A stretch of 64,000 nt of DNA, taken from Gemmatimonadaceae bacterium (GTDB lineage: Bacteria > Gemmatimonadota > Gemmatimonadetes > Gemmatimonadales > Gemmatimonadaceae). The notes under the pieces were generated by a model. The model did not search any database. It had not been told where the DNA came from and saw nothing but the letters and a program-made list of their open reading frames with translations. A program made the position numbers and the translations under genes. The stretch covers positions 2,579-66,578 of the forward strand of contig DATLLD010000109.1 of NCBI GenBank assembly GCA_035538035.1. Reading direction: 5' to 3'. Shown piece after piece: positions 60,034-64,000 of the stretch (position 1 is its first letter; every line of letters starts with the position of its first letter).

Positions 60034-63000
60034 CGCGGCGCCGCCTTGGGTGTCACGACGAACGTCCCGCCCTCCGACCGTCCGTTGACCGCGGGGTTGT
60101 ACATCTCCTCCGCATGCGCCGGCGGCCGCACGAACGTCCCCGCCGTCGTCGCGCGGGCCACATAGCTCGCGGTGTACGTGCCCGGCCAGAGCAGCACGGC
60201 CGAGTAGACGACGCGGTCGTCACGGATCTCGCGGTGGTCCCAGGGCGTCCACCAGCCGGAATCCCACATGCCGAAGCCCCAGCTGAATTGGTTCTGCTCC
60301 TCGTCCGTGTCATCATCATCGCTGGCGCGGCCGCTGCCGCTGCCCGGAGGCACGACCGTGCGCAGTGAGAGGTCGATAGCCTCGAACCCACCGGGGAGCG
60401 GATCATCGAGCACGACGAACTGCCGCTCCGCCGCAACCGTCACGCGGAGCCGCACGCGCACCAGCTCGCCCTCGGCCACGCTCGTGACCGGCGTGGCGTC
60501 GTTGAAGCGCTCGTACCAACGCTCGACGCGAATCCCGTTCTCCGCCGGCCGCACCGGCGGGGCGAGCGGCACCTCGGTGACCGTGAGATGATAGAACGTC
60601 ATCGCGCTGCCGGTCCCACCGGCGGCGGCGCCGGCCAACGCGTCGGCGTCGAGCGAGAGCGTGAGCGGCCGCGACTCGTCGTTCCTCGCTCCCAGCAGAC
60701 CGGTGAGCGCGGTGCTTGAGTCCGCCGCGCCAGTGCCGCTCGCGAGCACGCGGCGTCCCGCTCGTACGCGCACCGTGCGTGCAGGCAGCTCACGCTGCAG
60801 CCGCTCGAACTCCGAGAGCGCCTTCACCGCGAACGTCGCATCCTGCGTGTTCCAGCGCTGCACGCTCGCAATGCGCCCTTGCGTCGCCATCGTCTCCACC
60901 ATCGGCCCCACGAGCCTGTGCCCGGGCTCGATCGCCAGCGTCGCGATCAGCAGCCGCGCCATCTCGCGCGTCGTCGATGGGAAGTAGAACGGCGTCGTCG
61001 CAGCCGGGTCGAGCACCGCGCGCTGGCCCTCCACCCGTACGGCGTCCCACACTGGCTGCAGCAACTCGCGCGCCTGTGTCGTGCCGCCTCGCCGCCGCAG
61101 CAGCTCGGCCAACCGCACGCGATCCTCGCGCCGCAACTGCGGCGTCATGCGCAGCAGTTCGTTCTCGGCGCCGACGTCTGCCTGGCCGAACCGGCTCAGG
61201 AAATCCGCCGACGCCACCTGGTCGGCGAGCCGCGTGGCGCGCGACTCATAGAACTGCGCCACCGGCAGCACGCCGAGTTCGCGCGTACCGCGCAGCGATC
61301 CGTGCAGGAACTCCGCGAGACGGCCCAGTGCGGCACTGTCGACCGCGATGCCGAGCGACTTCGCGTCGAGCAGCAGTGCACCTGCATGCGCGCTCAGCCA
61401 GGGCGTCGTCCAATCGGTCGGCGACCAGTAGCCGATGCCGCCGTCCGTGCGCTGGCGGAGCAACAACGCCCGCACGGCGCGCGTGAGGTCCTCACGCGCA
61501 CGGGCAACCTGTCTCGCATCGAACGCGCCCGGCACGCGCAGCAGCGCGACCACGCTCGCGCCACCGGAGATGATCTGCTCGGTGCAATCATACGGATAGA
61601 CCTGCGCGTTGCCGAGCGCGCCGCGGATCACCGAGAGCGGGGACGAGGTCACGCGCAGCGTGAGGATGCTCCGCGCGGGATCGATGTCCGCCGGCAGGTC
61701 GAACCGTACGGTGGCGGTGTCACGCAGCACGCCCGACACCACGTGCGAGCGCGGATGATGGTCCGGCTTCACGGGGATCGCGACGCGCACGGCGTCGGCA
61801 TCCGAGCCGCTGCGTGCGCTGAAGGTGAATTTGGCGCTGTCTCCCGGCACCGCGAGGTAGCGGAAGCGCGCTTCGCCACCGCGCCCCGGCGCCAGCGTGA
61901 CGGACTGGTCCGCGATCCCCTGCAGGCGGATGCCCTCGGCCTTGGCATTCACGGACACCGCGCGCGCGGCACCGCTCCTCAGGTTGAGCGCCGTGCCCGC
62001 GAGCACGCGATCGCCTGGGCGCACGAAGCGCGGCAGCGACGGCCGCGCCACCAGCGGGCGCGTGACGAGCATGGGCGACTCGCCGCTGCCGTAGCGATCG
62101 CCGGCCGTGACGGCGACCGCCATCACGCGGAAGGTGGTGAGGTTATCCGGCAACTTCGCCGCGACATCGGCGTTGCCTTCGGCATCGGTCACCACCGAGC
62201 CGAGGAAGAACGCCGTCGTCTTGAACTGCGAGCGCAGGATCTCTGACTCCCCGGCGCCGCCACCGCCACCCGCCGCACGGAACCCCTTCTCGCCTTCGGG
62301 CACCTGCGGTGCGACAGCGACGAGGTTGCTCGCGAGCCGCAGCCCGAGCGCTCTCCGCGCGTAGAGAAGGTCGATCGGATCCGGCGTCTTGTAACGCGTG
62401 AGCGCGAGCACGCCTTCGTCGACGGCCCAGAGCGTGACCTCGCTCCGTTCGCCGCGATTGGCCTTGTCGCGCACCTGCACGCGCAGCCGCGCCGAGTCAC
62501 CGGGGAGGTACTCCGGCGCGCTCGGTGTCACCGCGACGCTGAGCCGCTTCACTTCCGGCGTCACGCGCAGCTCGACGTATCCCACGCGCAGCGTCGGACG
62601 GCCCGGATCGTCGACCGACCCGGGCGCTGCGCTGCGACCGCGCACCGCGACCACCGACACGTAGACGTTCGGCGCGTGCGCCTCGGTGATCGGGATCTTC
62701 ACCGTCGTCGCGCCGTCGGTCAGGCGCAGGCGGCGTGACTCGATCACGCGCTCGCGCTCCACCGTGAGCCACGCCTCGACGTTCGTGAGCGGAGCGGCCA
62801 GCAGGATCGTGGCCGTGTCACCCGGGCTGTAGCGATCGCGGTCGGCGATCAGGTCCATCTTGAACTGCGTCTCGTCGCTCCACGGGACGAATCCTGTGCC
62901 AGCGACCCAGCGGCTCATCGACGTCGCAACACTGCGGCCTGCGGCGTCGGTCGCCTCGAAGGTCAGTACGTGCACGCCGCCGCCCTTGGGCGTCACGCGG

Positions 63001-64000
63001 CATTCTGCGTTGCCGTCGGTGCCGGTGCGCACGGTGCAGCGCTCGACCGTGTCCGACACCCACTCTCCTACGAGCTGCACCATGCCATTGCGTTCACGAC
63101 GGACCTGATGCCATTCGCGGCGCACGAGCGTCGCGCGCACCTCGACGTCTCCCACGGGCGTGCCGTCCGGGCGCACAGTGCGCAGGTCGATCGGCTCCTG
63201 CTGCCCCTCGCGCCAAAACCAGCCGGTGTTGCGCGGCTTCGCGGCCACATAGAACGCGGCCGGGTGGACGATGGTCGTCGTCGCGTTGCCGACCACCTGA
63301 CGGTTCACGTCGGTGATCGAGGCCGTGAAGGTCACGCGCGCAGGGGACCCGCCGCTCGGAGCGGGAAGCTTGAGCGTGATGCGCTTCTCGCCCGCCGCAT
63401 CGAGTGTGTCGATGCCGCTCGCGATCTCGCCGCCGCCTCTCGTCTCCTCATCGCCAAAGGAATCCGCCCACGACCACGACTGGCGGCCGATGGTCCAGTC
63501 CTGCATCCCCGGGATCTCGAGCTCCCACGGCGAGAGCGGAGCATGCCGCGCCGACCAGTTGAGCGCGGCGGCCGCCATCGGCGCGCCAAAGAGATATCGA
63601 CCACGCGCCGTCACGACGAATCGTTCGCCCGGCAGCGATCCGCGCTCGTCGGCCACGAGGTCCATCAGGAACTCGGGCGGACGGAACTCGGCGATGCGGA
63701 AGCTCGCGTTGCCGATGGGCTGCCAGCTTCCCTGGCGCCGCATCGCGATCAGCACTTCGTATTGGCCGATCGGCGCGCCGGCGGGGAGCGTGATGCGCTG
63801 GTCGGACGTGCCGAAGGCGGAGAGCGCCACGGTGCGTGTGTGTATGCGCTGTCCGTCGCGGTCGGTGAACACCCAGCGCAGTGAGTCGCCGCGTGCGGGC
63901 AGGCGCAGCGCGCCGAGCGGACCGTCGCGCACGATCGCCTTGGCTATGACTTCCTCGCCCGGGCGATAGATGCCGCGCTCGGTGAAGACCGCGCCCGCGA
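60030..64000 (-). CDS. bacterial alpha-2-macroglobulin, 5'-partial
   Basis: Motifs FTERGIYRPGE, EFRPPEF, AVDEGVL, LPDNLTTFR, thioester YPYDCTEQ and AEEMYNP. Open to the window end. Confidence 0.95.
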   Translation of the reverse strand, partial: AGAVFTERGIYRPGEEVIAKAIVRDGPLGALRLPARGDSLRWVFTDRDGQRIHTRTVALSAFGTSDQRITLPAGAPIGQYEVLIAMRRQGSWQPIGNASFRIAEFRPPEFLMDLVADERGSLPGERFVVTARGRYLFGAPMAAAALNWSARHAPLSPWELEIPGMQDWTIGRQSWSWADSFGDEETRGGGEIASGIDTLDAAGEKRITLKLPAPSGGSPARVTFTASITDVNRQVVGNATTTIVHPAAFYVAAKPRNTGWFWREGQQEPIDLRTVRPDGTPVGDVEVRATLVRREWHQVRRERNGMVQLVGEWVSDTVERCTVRTGTDGNAECRVTPKGGGVHVLTFEATDAAGRSVATSMSRWVAGTGFVPWSDETQFKMDLIADRDRYSPGDTATILLAAPLTNVEAWLTVERERVIESRRLRLTDGATTVKIPITEAHAPNVYVSVVAVRGRSAAPGSVDDPGRPTLRVGYVELRVTPEVKRLSVAVTPSAPEYLPGDSARLRVQVRDKANRGERSEVTLWAVDEGVLALTRYKTPDPIDLLYARRALGLRLASNLVAVAPQVPEGEKGFRAAGGGGGAGESEILRSQFKTTAFFLGSVVTDAEGNADVAAKLPDNLTTFRVMAVAVTAGDRYGSGESPMLVTRPLVARPSLPRFVRPGDRVLAGTALNLRSGAARAVSVNAKAEGIRLQGIADQSVTLAPGRGGEARFRYLAVPGDSAKFTFSARSGSDADAVRVAIPVKPDHHPRSHVVSGVLRDTATVRFDLPADIDPARSILTLRVTSSPLSVIRGALGNAQVYPYDCTEQIISGGASVVALLRVPGAFDARQVARAREDLTRAVRALLLRQRTDGGIGYWSPTDWTTPWLSAHAGALLLDAKSLGIAVDSAALGRLAEFLHGSLRGTRELGVLPVAQFYESRATRLADQVASADFLSRFGQADVGAENELLRMTPQLRREDRVRLAELLRRRGGTTQARELLQPVWDAVRVEGQRAVLDPAATTPFYFPSTTREMARLLIATLAIEPGHRLVGPMVETMATQGRIASVQRWNTQDATFAVKALSEFERLQRELPARTVRVRAGRRVLASGTGAADSSTALTGLLGARNDESRPLTLSLDADALAGAAAGGTGSAMTFYHLTVTEVPLAPPVRPAENGIRVERWYERFNDATPVTSVAEGELVRVRLRVTVAAERQFVVLDDPLPGGFEAIDLSLRTVVPPGSGSGRASDDDDTDEEQNQFSWGFGMWDSGWWTPWDHREIRDDRVVYSAVLLWPGTYTASYVARATTAGTFVRPPAHAEEMYNPAVNGRSEGGTFVVTPKAAPR

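Overview
GC-rich bacterial chromosomal window. Gene content and style suggest Gemmatimonadota (inference). From left to right it holds: (1) a partial Uma2 gene, an AlkD-like gene, yaiI and a TonB C-terminal-domain gene; (2) a motility-regulation module with cheA-cheW-MCP-cheY-cheB-cheR, a kinase-like protein with a degenerate ATPase domain, flgN, fliA, a sigma54-dependent response regulator and a flgM-like gene, with a readable sigma54 promoter before fliA and three matching sigma28-type promoters; (3) an acyl-CoA carboxylase operon interrupted by an RlmD-type methyltransferase gene; (4) an unexplained ~1.04 kb module filling the gap between two convergent genes, bounded by 52-bp imperfect inverted repeats and containing about 25 exactly phased degenerate 21-bp repeats upstream of a small disrupted gene (the most unusual feature); (5) a hybrid sensor kinase; (6) a long core block (rplM rpsI rpsB tsf pyrH frr uppS cdsA dxr rseP, rpsO pnp, M16 peptidase, ald, mreBCD mrdA rodA, accD folC hisS proS lysA, YfcE-type phosphoesterase, guaA, MATE); (7) accessory genes (DUF4382-like lipoprotein, isochorismatase, FMN reductase, CatE-like VOC protein, OmpA, a pseudogene); (8) pbpC and a partial alpha-2-macroglobulin. 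No tRNA, rRNA, CRISPR array or transposase was recognised.
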